From Chiloscyllium plagiosum (lineage: Eukaryota): a stretch of 49,136 nt of DNA. The notes under the pieces are model-generated. The model did not search any database and was not told the DNA's origin. It saw only the letters and a program-made list of their open reading frames with translations. Position numbers and translations under genes: made by a program. The stretch covers positions 6,507,956 to 6,557,091 of the forward strand of contig NC_057752.1 in assembly GCF_004010195.1 (NCBI RefSeq), read 5' to 3'. This document shows, one piece after another, positions 1-11,734 of this stretch; the stretch's first letter is position 1; the number at the start of each line of letters is the position of its first letter.

Positions 1-335
1 AATTTATCATTCCTTGTGTTCAAATCCCTCTATTGTCTCAACTCTCCCTATAATTTTTAACCTTCTCCAGGTCTACAGCCCTCCAAGAACTCTGCATTCC
101 TCGAATTCTGGCCTCTTCTGCACCTCTCACTTCTGTTACCCACCACTGTCTTGAATTGCCTAGACCCTAACTTCTGGAATTCCTCTTTAAACCTCTATTC
201 CTTTAAGTTGTTCCTTAAAGCTCTCTCTTTGGTTAGCTGCTCCAATGTCCTGTTATATTGCTCAGTGTCAATTTTAAAAAATCTTGCTATAGTGAAGCAC
301 CTTGTGTTAAAGATGCTTTATAATTACAGATTGCT
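1..335 (+). mobile_element. Degenerate L2/CR1-group LINE 3' end
   Basis: Shares motifs (tgcattcctc-aattctg, ctggaattcc, gctatataaatgca-type tail) with segments at about 13960-14500, 18300-18740 and 23890-24060. Boundaries approximate. Confidence 0.45.
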
Positions 336-377
336 ATTGAGTTTCAGAGAGAAAAGAAATGTATTCCTCTCACTTAC

Positions 378-586
378 TGCAGGTTGCTTCTGGTTTGTTT
401 CTCTTGATGATGGGTTCAGGGATCATTGTCCTCCGACTGTATAGTGCTGTCCAGTTCAATGTGTGATAGTAGCAGAGTAATTTATTGAACGCCACGTACA
501 CCTGTCCAGCACCAATCTCTTTTAACGACTGAAACCCAAGAGATGTCACTTGCTTCAACTTCATGATCATCAGAGACAAACCACGG
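378..586 (-). CDS. ERBB3: ErbB receptor exon 12 (209 nt), end of domain III
   Basis: Acceptor ccttttttgtAG, donor GTaagt. Translates (N)RGLSLMIMKLKQVTSLGFQSLKEIGAGQVYVAFNKLLCYYHTLNWTALYSRRTMIPEPIIKRNKPEATC. LYNRG across the exon 11/12 junction is ERBB3-type (ERBB4: LYSG). Confidence 0.92.
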
Positions 587-879
587 CTACAAAAAAGGCA
601 GTGAGGATCATAGTGAGGGGTCTTGGGACTAATTATAGTGGTACAGTACTTGATTTTGCTCATCCACTTCTATTCCCCACCGTCACCCTCCCATGCAACA
701 TAGGATGACACCTCCAATCAAGAGCTCACTGTGCAGGGACTCTGGAAGCAAAAACTCTTATGTTCCGGTAGATTAATGCAGACTAGTTGATTTGTATATT
801 TGTAGGTATATTCCTATGTGTTACTGTATGACAGCAAGGAACTGACCACAGATCGCTCAATTATGGGTAGGGTAACAGT

Positions 880-1232
880 GAATCATAGAATCCCTACAGC
901 TTGGAAACAGACCCTTCGGCCCCACAAGTCCACGCCAACCCACGAAGAGTATCCCACCAAAACCCATTCCCCAACCCTATCACTCTACATTTACCCCTGA
1001 CTAATGCATCCAACCTATACATCCCTGAAGACTATGGGTAATTTAGCATGGCCAGTTCACCTAACCTGCACACCTTTGAACTGTGGCAGGAAACCAGAGC
1101 ACCCGGAGGAAACCTGCGCAGACACAGGGAGAATGTGCAAACTCCACACAGACAGTTGTCCAAGGCTGGAATTGAACCCAGGTACCTGGCACTGTGAGGC
1201 AGCAGTGCTAACCACTGAGCCACCATGGCTCC
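880..1232 (-). mobile_element. HE1-type tRNA-derived V-SINE, near full length
   Basis: On the minus strand: A box (ggtggctcagtggttagc), B box (gggttcaattcc), V-domain core (gtgtggagtttgcacattctccc...ggtttcc) and a CR1-like 3' tail (gggattctatgatt). Several paralogues in the window. Confidence 0.85.
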
Positions 1233-1234
1233 GG

Positions 1235-1636
1235 GGTTATGTTATTGATAATCCAGAGGCCTGCCTAATGACCCAGAGACATTACAAATCTCAATAGCAG
1301 GCATCTGGGCAATTGATTCAATAGGTCTGCAATAAAAAGCTATTATCAGTAATAGTGACCATGAAACCAATGGATTGTCTCAAAACAAAAAATCTGGTTT
1401 GCTAATATCCTTTTGAGAAGGAAACCAACTATTCATATCCAGTCTGGCTGACAGGAGATTGTATGTAATTAGACCCGACCCATACTAATGTGGTTTGCTT
1501 CTAACTACCCTGTGAAATAGCCTGACAAACATTCAGTTGTATTCAAGAAGGTAACAACTCAACACCACCTTTGGACAATCAGGGATGGAAAATAAATGCC
1601 TGCCTTGTCAGTGACATCTGCATTCCATTCTAAAAG
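1235..1636 (+). mobile_element. Second tRNA-derived SINE family, degenerate
   Basis: Aligns with 44095-44345 (tggattgtctcaaaac...tctggtttgctaat...gaaggaaa...ctggc). Confidence 0.55.
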
Positions 1637-2015
1637 ATCACTCCAAGGCTCTTTTATCATTCCCTCTTCTGAAGGCACTGACTCTCACAGGGGTATATTC
1701 CATATTTAACAATGACTCACCTATAAATGTCCACTCTTCATGTTTAATTTCAGACAGTGTATGTGGGCAGCTGCAGGGGAGGGGGGTTGGAACGTCCTCA
1801 TCACACTTGAGCCCAATCCTATTCTCATCCACAATCCAATGAGGGAGTTACAACAGGAACCACTTGATTCTGATTAGAAATTTTGAGCTGACATTTCACC
1901 AGCCTCTCTCCCTTATCAGGTTAGGATACTGAAGCTACCTGGGCAACCCCTCAATTGTCTGACTGAGATTTGATACCTTCACATCACTAAGCCTCTTTTT
2001 TTTGGAAATTCTTAC

Positions 2016-2106
2016 TTGTAAAGTGTCCTGCCTCCAATAGTAGTTAGATTGGAAAAGACACTAAAATCCGTCATGTTTTGTGGCCAGGACTGAATATTCA
2101 AGTAAC
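2016..2106 (-). CDS. ERBB3: ErbB receptor exon 11 (91 nt), domain III
   Basis: Acceptor ctctctttctAG, donor GTaaga. Translates (G)[29 protein letters not shown](N). Confidence 0.92.
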
Positions 2107-2796
2107 CTAGAAAGAGAGCGAATTCAGGCATGATGTTAGACTACTTCAAATTGACAGACCTTACACTCAAAATATCAGCCTTGCATCATCATTGTGTTTG
2201 ATTTTTTGAGTACATTTCTGTCCAAGATCATTAAAAATAGGACCACAGGAACAGGAATATACAATTCAGCCCACCCAGATACTCCAGAATAGTTTTATTT
2301 TTGTAAATCCTCTCTTGCTGTTTGCATCCTTGGCTGAGGATTCAGCCAGCCTGTACTTCGTTTTCTGCGAATCACCCAATAACTGGAAACAGAAGTGTGC
2401 AAGAGAGGCCCAGGGCCAATTAATTACCCTCCCCTCCACATTTCCCTTAATATCTAGTTTTAGAAGCAGGATGGTGTTTGGCAGCCCTTTGGATCCATGC
2501 CCAGAATGAAGTTTGATATGATCAACACCCTGGCTCAGCCTCTCAGATTGTACCTAATGTTATGCTGTACTGGTATAACCTTGTTCCAAAATCAGGCTGT
2601 ATCTGGAAGGCACACAATGTACTGGCATGAATTTTATATCCATCAGATAATTGAATAAAATCACCAAGCACTGTTTAGAGCACTGGAGTTAAAAAACTTA
2701 TGAACTAGCCCTTAAATCTGTGAACTCAAAAATACATAATGAACCAAACTACTCGACTCCACTTCAGGATTTTTGCCATCTTGTTGAAGTACCCAC

Positions 2797-2870
2797 CTGT
2801 TATCTCTTGAACAGTTTGAAATACCTTCAGTTTTTCTGGATCAAGAGGTGCAATTTTGTGATACAGATCC
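2797..2870 (-). CDS. ERBB3: ErbB receptor exon 10 (74 nt), domain III
   Basis: Acceptor ctggttttAG, donor GTgggt. Translates (G)DLYHKIAPLDPEKLKVFQTVQEIT(G). Confidence 0.92.
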
Positions 2871-3624
2871 CTAAAACCAGCATAAAAGCAGGAATTAAAT
2901 TCATTCTGAAACTAAGACAAGTTCCATCATCTGCAAACCATATGACCCTTGAACCATATAATCCATTAGCAAAACTATTTACAAAATTCTCAAACACTTT
3001 GTACATATTAGAGAACTCGCAATTCGACCGGCACTTTTCTTCAGAATCACAAAGCCAAAAAAAATTCAGAACATTAACATGCAAACAAGATAAAAAGAGG
3101 AAAACAATTTTGTAATCAAATTTAGTCCTTGCTGTGTGTGAATAGGAGTGAAGCCCTGAAATTGAATGTGTTATTATCTCAGTGAGGTTAGAAATAGTTT
3201 TCCAAGATGAAAGGTGACTTAAAGCATGACAGAATTCCCCTCATGGCTCAGCTGAAAATGACCAAACTATTCAGACTATAGGGCCCTGATTTAATCTGAA
3301 CCAGGGAGAAAGTTGGAATGTTACAGTTAGTTTCTGCGCTGTGATGGGGAGGAGTAATAACTGCTGCTGAAAAGTCCAATTTCTGAAGAGGGAGAAATGA
3401 AACATGGGGGTGTTACTGAAAGAGGATTTGATTTGGCGACAAAAGAATATCTATTATCTGTGCCATTCAGCACCTCCCTTCCGCTAGCTAAAAGTGTCAC
3501 ATTATTCCCAGGTCCCTGCAAAAGACAAACTTCAACCAAGTGGTACAAATCCCCACACTGATGTCCATACATTATTTTCCTAGTGGGTGAAATGAATGAG
3601 CAAGAATGAGTTAACATTCCACAA

Positions 3625-3990
3625 AAATAAAACAATGAATTGCAAATGCTGGAGATTTGAAACAAAGACAGAAGATGCTGGAGAAACTCAGCAAATCTGG
3701 CAGAACCTGTGGAAAGAGAAACAGAGTTAATGTTTCGAGTCCAGTGACCCTTCTTCAGACTAAAAGCAGCTGGGAAGTGGTGGTATTTATGCTGATAACA
3801 GGATGGGCTTGGGGTGGAAGGAGTTCGTGAAATAGATAGAGACGGTACTCAGAGTGAAAGCTAAATAGGAGAAGTAGGCAAAGGGATTGCTGATAGTTGG
3901 GAGAGAGGTAAATACAGAGTGGGTACTAACAGGAAGTGTGAATTGTTGAAAATGGGTTGACTGTGCTGGGAGCAGGACAGGACCTGGGGG
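3625..3990 (-). mobile_element. Older Penelope-like element 3' fragment with hammerhead motif
   Basis: Minus strand reads agtCTGAAGAaGGGTCactgGACTCGAAACattaact, then ...ctgctgagtttctccagca...ctccagcatttgca. A pyrimidine-rich tract lies upstream. Boundaries approximate. Confidence 0.6.
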
Positions 3991-4106
3991 ATGGATAACG
4001 AACATCGGCATCTCACAATTTCTTTTCATAGCCATTAGTGTTGTACAGTATTTGCATAATGACAGTTCCTTTTCACCCGTCAGTCTGATTCAGTTTTCTT
4101 CCTTAC

Positions 4107-4227
4107 CCACTGATACCAGTGATGAGAAAGTCAAGATTTCCTGTGATCTTCGTGCAGTTGATAAACTGATCGATGTTGTTTGAATCCACTGTCTGATATC
4201 GACTCCCAGCTCCAGTCCCGGCACAAG
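4107..4227 (-). CDS. ERBB3: ErbB receptor exon 9 (121 nt), start of L domain III
   Basis: Acceptor tttatataaccAG, donor GTaagg. Translates [40 protein letters not shown](G). Length 121 nt and GTGxGSRxQTVD match recalled human ERBB3 (ERBB4 exon 9 is 127 nt). Confidence 0.93.
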
Positions 4228-5187
4228 CTGGTTATATAAAGAAAGCAGAGGACACATCTGAGTAAGTTCTTTCTCTTTCAAAACATTCAGGTCAGAAGAA
4301 CCGAGGTAAAACTTCTGGTCTGTTCGGAATTATTTCATCTCAGCCAAACAGAAACCTGGCAATTTCCTGCCATTAAATACACCAAGATTTACTGTTTGGC
4401 TTCCCACGATGTATTGAAGGGCTGCAAACGTCTGCAGTATCCAAGAGAGAACCATCAAGGGGGGGGGGAGATTGCCAAAACAAGATGGGGAGGGAGTGAA
4501 AACATAAGAAGTCTCACTGGTAACAGAAATATTGTTGAATTTGCAATTATTGTACATTCGTCTTGTGTGAAATGCAACACATAAAATGGATTCTATGAAA
4601 TTCGTGCAGCGGAGCCTCCATGTGCCTGATGGTGGTGCTGTTGGAGAGCAGGAACTGGAAGCTCCACGTCACCACAAACAGATATACACAAGACGGCAAC
4701 GTTGGAAAGTTCCTGCAAGGAAAAAAAATCTGACTTTGTCTGACTTCAACATTTGGTGCAATTCAAATAAACAGAACTAAATTTCCTCAATGCATCATAT
4801 ACACCAATCAAGAGAATTTAGAAATGCTGAGTAACTGCTGGCGTGGTGGTGGGTAGAGGCACAGGCTGGCGAACAGTGCACGTGAGTGGACTTTGGAATC
4901 CCCATGCCATTACTTGAGGCCAAGGGAGTTCCTTTCAACCAGCGTTAGTAATGTCAGCCTTATCAGGCGATTTGTTCAATTGCTGTTTGTGATCCTTAGT
5001 GCCCACAATCAAGTGTTACATTTACCTACATAACAGCAATAACTGCTCTTGAAATGTAATATTTGGGTGGGACTTCCTGGGGCCATGTACTGTTTTAAAT
5101 AGATTTTCTTTCAGGAGTATGTCAGAAGTAGTGAAAGGATTCTGTTCTGCTATTGATGGCTCAGCATCAGTATAAAATTCCTGAGAG

Positions 5188-5500
5188 GGATTCTTGTGAT
5201 GCAGTGGTAGTGTCCTATCTCTGAATCAGGATGCCCCAATTCAAATCCCACCTGTTCTAGAGGTGTTTAATGACACAGAATCATAGGATCCTTACAGTGT
5301 AGCAACTGGCCCTTTGGCCCAACAAGTCCACACCGATCTTCCGAAGAGTAACCCACCCAGACCCATTCCCCCTCCCTATATTTACCCCTGACTAATGCAC
5401 CTAACCTACACATCTCTGAACACTATGGGCAATTTAGCACAGCCAATTCACCTAACCTGCACATGACATCTCTGAATAGGTTGCTTAGAAATATATAAAA
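5188..5500 (+). mobile_element. Short tRNA-derived SINE split by an HE1 3' fragment (5276-5462, minus strand)
   Basis: A-box-like gtgatgcagtggtag and B-box-like ttcaaatccc. The HE1 tail lies between duplicated ATGACA (5270-75 and 5463-68). Related sequence at 43165-43395. Confidence 0.55.
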
Positions 5501-6434
5501 TTCTCACATTGACATGTTCATATATTTGGGGAGGAGACTCTGTTCCAATGAAGGCTCCACACTGAAAGCCTAAACTACATTCTCAGCCATTTCTAGCATT
5601 TTCTACTTTTCTTTCAGATTTCCAGCATTTACAGATTTTTCCTATTTTTCAGTAAACCACAGACTGTTTCTATTCATAAGTGCACATTGTTTAAAATGCA
5701 ACCCAATACTGCTTCCATCAAGAACCACAAATTTGACACAATGAAAAAAAGTTCACTGTCTTGCCACCAATCTCTGGGTAAAGGCCACACTAATGCTAGA
5801 CCCCTGAGGGCTAATTGGTACCAGGATACTTCGGCCTCTATTTCTGTGGCTAGTGGCTTGATGGGACACAGAACTACTGACATGGGGTTGGGGGCAGAAT
5901 CTGGAATTGGGAAATTCAAGGAAGTGAAATTTCTTGCAAATTCACTGTCAATTTTATCAAGTTGCTACGAGGCTAAGCTGCCGATTGTGTGCTGGCAGCA
6001 GCCACATTTACAGAGTAAAGAATGTATACCAAGTGTTAATTATGTGAACAATATAAAATGCATAAGTAAATTAGACAGCTTTATCTAAAAACATCAAATT
6101 GGAGGTTTAAAAAAACTACACTTCTCTCACTTTTTAAAATAGGCCTCTCAATATGAGATCATACCGTAGATACTTAGAACAAGCCAACAAAGATGATCTC
6201 ACTGACTGGTTTTCCAGGTTAATTTCAGCTCCAGGTTCCAATGTGTTTTCAGGCACTGTGGTTTGACAGGCTGGATACAATTCAAGCAACAGAACTCAAA
6301 TTCCAATCAGCCACTAACTGGTACAAACATTTCTATTTACCCCACTAATATTGTAGCTTAAGGGTGTATCTGTTGCCGGGTCACCCTGGTGAGGAAGAAA
6401 GTCTGGCCAATACTGTTCACAATTTGCTGCTCAC

Positions 6435-6548
6435 CTTTCGGACACAGACCATCACACGGCTCGCACATTTTCACGCCATTTTTCTCAACCTCCATCTTGT
6501 CACTTGGACAAGCTCGGACACAAGAACTTTGATCAACAATAAAATTTG
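6435..6548 (-). CDS. ERBB3: ErbB receptor exon 8 (114 nt), end of domain II
   Basis: Acceptor tttatcctgcAG, donor GTgagc. Translates (A)[37 protein letters not shown]. Confidence 0.92.
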
Positions 6549-7412
6549 CTGCAGGATAAAAGACAGAGGAAACCAGTTACATTGCATGAGTACTTGCCTG
6601 AAAGTGCCAGCAATGATTTCCAGTGGTTAAAAAAATTTCACCACAAAGTAGATTGTCCATTGGCATCATTTTTAACTTAGGAGGAGATGGATGATACCAA
6701 AATGGCTAGCCATGATACACAATGCCTGATTTTCCCTCCCAGTGACTTTGGCGAAAAGAGAAATCTAATGCTACATATAATGAGCTAATTCAACATTGAC
6801 AACAATTAAAATTACTCTACGGGTACATAGAATGCTGCAGAGTGTCTCCTGACTGGTGAGGATCAATAGTTGAAGGACAAAGATTTAAGATAAATTGCAG
6901 AAGATTAAAGGGAAAGTGAGGAGAACCATTTATTAAACATAATGCAACTTGCTGTTATGAACTGGAATGCACTGGTGGCAAAGTCACCAAAGACCAAATT
7001 ACCTCCTTCTGCATTGAATAATTCTCTAAAATTTCTGCATGACTCTCCATGTGTTGAATGTCAGCACAACAGAAAGGCAACCCTATTCCATGTGCTTTTT
7101 AAAATGTGCACAGGCTAGTTTACAGGTAGTGGAGGTGGGATCCAAAGTCAGCATCCTGAGCCATACAGAACATGAAATTTCCAGATTCTCCCCACCAGCC
7201 TATTGAGTTAACCAAACCCAGCCTGGAAACAAATTGAGTGCGGAGAGGGACAGGATGTTTTGTTGGGAAGGCAGATCATTACTATACATAGTCCAGTGTT
7301 ACAGACACTGCTGAGCATTGCGTAAGTTCTCCTGATAAACCCATCATTTAAAGAGTGTGAAATGAGAGGGAAACAATTTTCCATCAATAATATAGACATT
7401 AGATGCACTTAC

Positions 7413-7554
7413 CAGGGCAGCTCTTCACACAGAAAGCTCCATACATATACTTGGTATCTGGGTTGCGCTCTAGCTGATAGGATTGCTTGTTGTAAATTAA
7501 TGGTTGTGGACAGACTGGGACACAGGCATTACTGTCATTAAACCGCCTGCATGC
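7413..7554 (-). CDS. ERBB3: ErbB receptor exon 7 (142 nt), domain II with dimerization arm
   Basis: Acceptor ttcccacAG, donor GTaagt. Translates [47 protein letters not shown]; CPQPLxYNK is ERBB3-like. Confidence 0.92.
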
Positions 7555-7803
7555 CTGTGGGAACATAATCGTTATGAAAGAATCAAACTGGCTTGAGGAA
7601 TAACCATTTCATAGTCTGATACTTATGCACACCATTGTTCCTCATTGCTTACACACTTTTGAGCAGTCTCAATCTGTCAGGCTCAAACACACTGTCTTTC
7701 AATTCCAATCACTCACTCCCCATCACTAATACTTACACTGCCTCTCAGACCTTGTTTCATTTCCTTTCTGTTATGTTCAGTCTGGCTGTCAGTCCCATCA
7801 CAG

Positions 7804-7836
7804 CCTGATGAAGGGCTTTTGCCCGAAACGTCGATT
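7804..7836 (+). ncRNA. Minimal type I hammerhead ribozyme motif
   Basis: CTGATGA (7805-11), A, GGGC-TTTT-GCCC, GAAAC, GTC (predicted cut after 7832). The 5' strand of helix I is mostly lost by truncation. Confidence 0.65.
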
Positions 7837-7931
7837 TTACTGCTCCTCAGATGCTGCCTGAACTGCTGTGCTCTTCCAGCACCACTAATCCAGAATCTGG
7901 CTTCCAGCATCTGCAGTCATTGTTTTTACCT
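7804..7931 (+). mobile_element. 128-bp Penelope-like hammerhead-bearing insertion with 13-bp TSD
   Basis: AGTCCCATCACAG duplicated at 7791-7803 and 7932-7944. The insert starts cCTGATGA. Confidence 0.85.
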
Positions 7932-8507
7932 AGTCCCATCACAGTAACTCACTGTCAGCCTCAGTCCCTCAGTTCCCACTGCATTCTCCCACATTCATTC
8001 CAATTGGTCTCCATGGTGGTCTCATCATATAGCTTCTCTCTTTATGCTCATCCCTCTTCTGAGTGCTCACATTATAAATCTCTATTGCACAATCATTCTT
8101 TTTCTCATTCACCTCTCAGTTTGTGTTATTTTTTTCCCAACAGAATGTCTTCTGACCAAAGTTGAGTGTTAGTATCATTCCTGCCAGGCACTCAAATCAA
8201 TCAGACATAGGACAGAATTGTCTGTCAGACAGCACTTCCTGAAGAGGAAGCAGACAAGCCTTTTTGCTTGTTCTTGACTACATCACCACCTCCTAATAAA
8301 ATGGTTCAGGATCAGTTCTCAGTGTTCACTATGCCCGGTACAGTTAGAATTTACACTTCATATGAGGAAAACGGACAGGAGATCCTCAACAGCTCGGAGA
8401 GCTTCTCTAAACATAGAAACAGAGGGGTAATCAATCTGAACCATTAACTCTGTTCTCTCTCCACACCTTTTTCCAGATCTCATTATTTCGGGATGTCTGG
8501 TTTAATT

Positions 8508-8601
8508 TCCATGCAAACTCCTCACAGTCACCTGGGGTGGAATCAAACCTGCATTCCTGGCACTGTGGGGCAGCAGTGTTAACCACTGAGCCACCATGCC
8601 A
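8508..8601 (-). mobile_element. HE1-type SINE 5' fragment (tRNA head)
   Basis: Matches 1135-1230 (ggcactgtg-ggcagcagtg-taaccactgagccaccatg). Confidence 0.75.
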
Positions 8602-8660
8602 CCAGCAAATTATACTAGAGTTCACATTTTGTCACCGATTGACTGAAGGAAGATACTTAC

Positions 8661-8782
8661 GAAACAGTCTGTATCTTTTGGCCCTGAACATCCACCGGCA
8701 CATTCACTGTGGCAGCACTCACTGGGGTTGTGTTGTCCAAAGCATCGGCCATTGCACTGAGGAGCACACACTGATTTGGTCA
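8661..8782 (-). CDS. ERBB3: ErbB receptor exon 6 (122 nt), domain II
   Basis: Acceptor ttcttcctcacAG, donor GTaagt. Translates (L)[40 protein letters not shown]. Not in the ORF track; read by hand. Confidence 0.92.
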
Positions 8783-8860
8783 CTGTGAGGAAGAAAAGAA
8801 AGTAGTAAACAGAAAAGAGTATGTTTTGTGGTCTTGACAGTTGGAAGTGTCAAATTTAAG

Positions 8861-9069
8861 GAGAAAGTGAGGACTGCAGATGCTGGAGATCAGAGCTGAA
8901 AATGTGTTGCTGGAAAAGCGCAGCAGGTCAGGCAGCATCCAAGGAGCAGGAGAATCGACGTTTCGAGCATAAGCCCTTCCTGAAGAAGGGCTTATGCTCG
9001 AAACGTCGATTCTTCTGCTCCTTGGATGCTGCCTGACCTGCTGCACTTTTCCAGCAACACATTTTCAGC
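8861..9069. mobile_element. 209-bp fold-back Penelope-like insertion with 15-bp TSD
   Basis: AGTGTCAAATTTAAG at 8846-60 and 9070-84. Inverted arms 8895-8979 and 8985-9069 (85 bp, 2 mismatches). Hammerhead core CTGAAGA...GAAACGTC at 8980-9007 on the plus strand. Confidence 0.9.
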
Positions 9070-9148
9070 AGTGTCAAATTTAAGCAAAGGTTAGAATCAT
9101 TACAGCTTTTTCTACTTGCTCATAATTTTTTTTACCTATTTACCTCAA

Positions 9149-9463
9149 GAATTAGAATTCCTGCAGTGTGGAAACAGGCCCTTCGGCCCAACAAGTCCAC
9201 ACTGACCCTCTGAAGAGTAACCCACCTAGACGCATTCCACTACCCTATATTTACCCCTGACTAATACACCTAGCCTAGGCATCCCTGAACACCATGGGCA
9301 ATCTAGCTTCCCAATGAACCTAACCTGCACATCTTTGGATTGTGGGAGGAAACTGGAGCACCTGTAGGAAATCCATGCAGACATGGGGAGAATGTGCCAA
9401 GTCCACACAGACAGTCACCCAAGGCTGGAATCAAACCCAGGTCCCTTGCACTGTGAGGCAGCA
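9149..9463 (-). mobile_element. HE1-type V-SINE, 5' truncated
   Basis: Colinear with 880-1200. Confidence 0.85.
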
Positions 9464-9894
9464 AGGCATTGATTCCTGCCAGAGTTCTAGAGGTCAGGAA
9501 CCCTTGAGCACCTCACAAAACTGAACATCGTCAGAAGGAATAACAAACATAAGGGATAGAAGTAGGTCATATAGCCCTCCAGCCTGCTCCACCATTCAAT
9601 GAAATCACAACTGATCTTCTGCCTCAAATTTCTCCATTTTCTCACCTTTTTCACATTTTCTGTGATTTACTTGGTGGCCAAAAACCTATCAGATTCAGTC
9701 TTAAATAATTCATCAAATGAAACTCCAGAGCTTTCTGGGGTAGAGAATTCCAAATATCGGCAGCTCTTTGATGAATTTTCAGTCCTAAATAGTCAACACA
9801 ATATTCTAATGGTCTTATTATTCCAACTTCAGGCCATACTGTGGAGGAGTAGACAAAAGAACGCACCAGTTCCTCAGTTCCTTTATCTGATAAA

Positions 9895-10130
9895 GAACTT
9901 GCATTTATGAGATCCCCATAACATCTCAAAGTTCTAGTGCCATTGAGATCTATTTGAATTGGCAGATAGAGCTTCAGTTTAACAACTAATCCAAAAATAC
10001 TACCTTGGACAGTGCAGGTCTTCAACTGCACTACATTTAAGAATAACCTAGATAAAGTATGCGCTTTAATCTTTGGGCGAGGTTTAAAACCATAATCTTC
10101 AGACTCAGAGTGGAGGCAAGGCAACACTAA
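9895..10130 (-). mobile_element. Degenerate Deu-core SINE
   Basis: Reverse complement resembles 12190-12570 and the same-strand copy at 41560-41960. Explains spurious ORF 9651..10232. Confidence 0.45.
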
Positions 10131-10610
10131 TTTGTAATTATCTGTAACTAATTTGGTTAACCTTTCAGAATTCTTACATTTTGAATAAGTTATATGTATG
10201 AACAAGCACCCGAAAACAAGGGGAGCTAGCACCCTTCAACTGTGTGCGATTTTGTTTTTTTTAATCTGTAAATGTTTTCCTCACCTCTTCATATTTGTAT
10301 GCTAATCATCCGTTAAATCTGGCATTGACATGTTTCAGAAATATGTGGTACATTTGGATCAAGTTCTGTAGTGCATCCATACGCAAATGCCTGTGACACA
10401 CGGCAACCTTAAGCCAGTTCATGCACTGTAACTCAATGGACTGACCCTTTACTTTTTAATTTCAGTTGTACCTAGCAGTAGTAGGAATATGAGAGGCCAT
10501 TTAACCCCTTGAACCTGTTCTGCTATTCAATGTGATGATCATGGCTGATCTGTGATCTAACTTCACATATACTATAACAACAGATTCAATAGGAAAGTGG
10601 GCATACTCAC

Positions 10611-10676
10611 AGGTCTGACAGTCATCTTCACCAGGGCCCCAGCAATATCCATTACAAGATGCATGACACTTGGCAC
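10611..10676 (-). CDS. ERBB3: ErbB receptor exon 5 (66 nt), furin-like Cys-rich domain II
   Basis: Acceptor tttttttcAG, donor GTgagt. Translates (C)AKCHASCNGYCWGPGEDDCQT(L). Confidence 0.92.
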
Positions 10677-11734
10677 CTGAAAAAAAAGGAGAAATGTCCT
10701 CACTATGAGACAACACAGATACACTTAACAAACTAACTGATAGCATGCAAACATAATTGCCTTCAATTTTGGGGCTGCTGACATTGATCTGCTTAGAATA
10801 TGGGAGGAAGTAAAATCATAGCACTTTTCAGCACAGGAGAATTTTAGAATGTTTTGTGACTAGAAGGTGGTGGAGGCATGTAGTTTTAAGGCAAGCAACC
10901 CCAGGGTTATCCATGGTAGTTGGGAATGTGAAATGAGCATTGAACTTATTGGAGGGCGGAGCAAGCTCCGAGGGGCTGTGTTGGGTGAATGGCCTACTTC
11001 TGTTCCTGTTCCCAATGTTCGTAGGAGACCATTTGATTCATCTAGCCCATGTTGCTGTGTTGTTACTACAGTGATACCCAGGCTTTGTGGTTAGCTGTGG
11101 GATCTGTCAATACTAGGTTAGGTGGATCAGGCCTGGGTGGACAATTCAACTCAAAAGCTCAACTCTTGGGAAAACTAAAATCTTAAAAATTGAGAAAACT
11201 AGGACAAGGGGATACAGGTTCAAACTAGTAAAAGGTTGCTTTTCTAAGATCAGAAAATTCTTACACACATTTTGCATTTATTACTGTCCTTGGACTAAGT
11301 ACAGTATAAAGGAAGAAAAGCAGCAGGGACACTCTGGAATAATTTAAGAAACAATTGAAGGCTGAAATAGTAAGGGGGTGGCGGGGTTATATGTATTCTG
11401 AATGCATAAGCAATATTTTCTCATCCATAATTGTCTTATGATCTGCAATAATCCGAGATACATTAAGTTACAGGGCTGTACCCACAAAACTCCCACAGCC
11501 AGGGTTTTATCCCTTCCACTTAGGCGACTCAAGAATGTTTTGATAGAGGCCGAACAGAATACCAACTGAGTGTTTTCCAAGTCTAGGAAAGGCTTATCCT
11601 CCGAGGAAATGTCAGGGGAGGTAAGGGCTAATGAGGAAGAGGAAAATTAATAAAAATAAGTAAGAGTTCCACTTTCAAAAACATTCAGTCTGCTTTCTTC
11701 AGGTGAAACACGTATTCACCTGCTCATTTTATTT

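Noticed and set aside
1160..1232. tRNA genes (also near 8540, 11740, 27230 and 44100)
   Set aside because: A/B boxes are fused to SINE bodies and there is no complete cloverleaf.
8895..9069. Conserved miRNA precursor (also 17949-18060)
   Set aside because: The hairpins are TSD-bounded transposon inversions; there is no sign of a known miRNA family.
9651..10232. 193-aa ORF as a novel gene
   Set aside because: Crosses degenerate SINE and CR1 relics; no real ATG start or recognisable domain.
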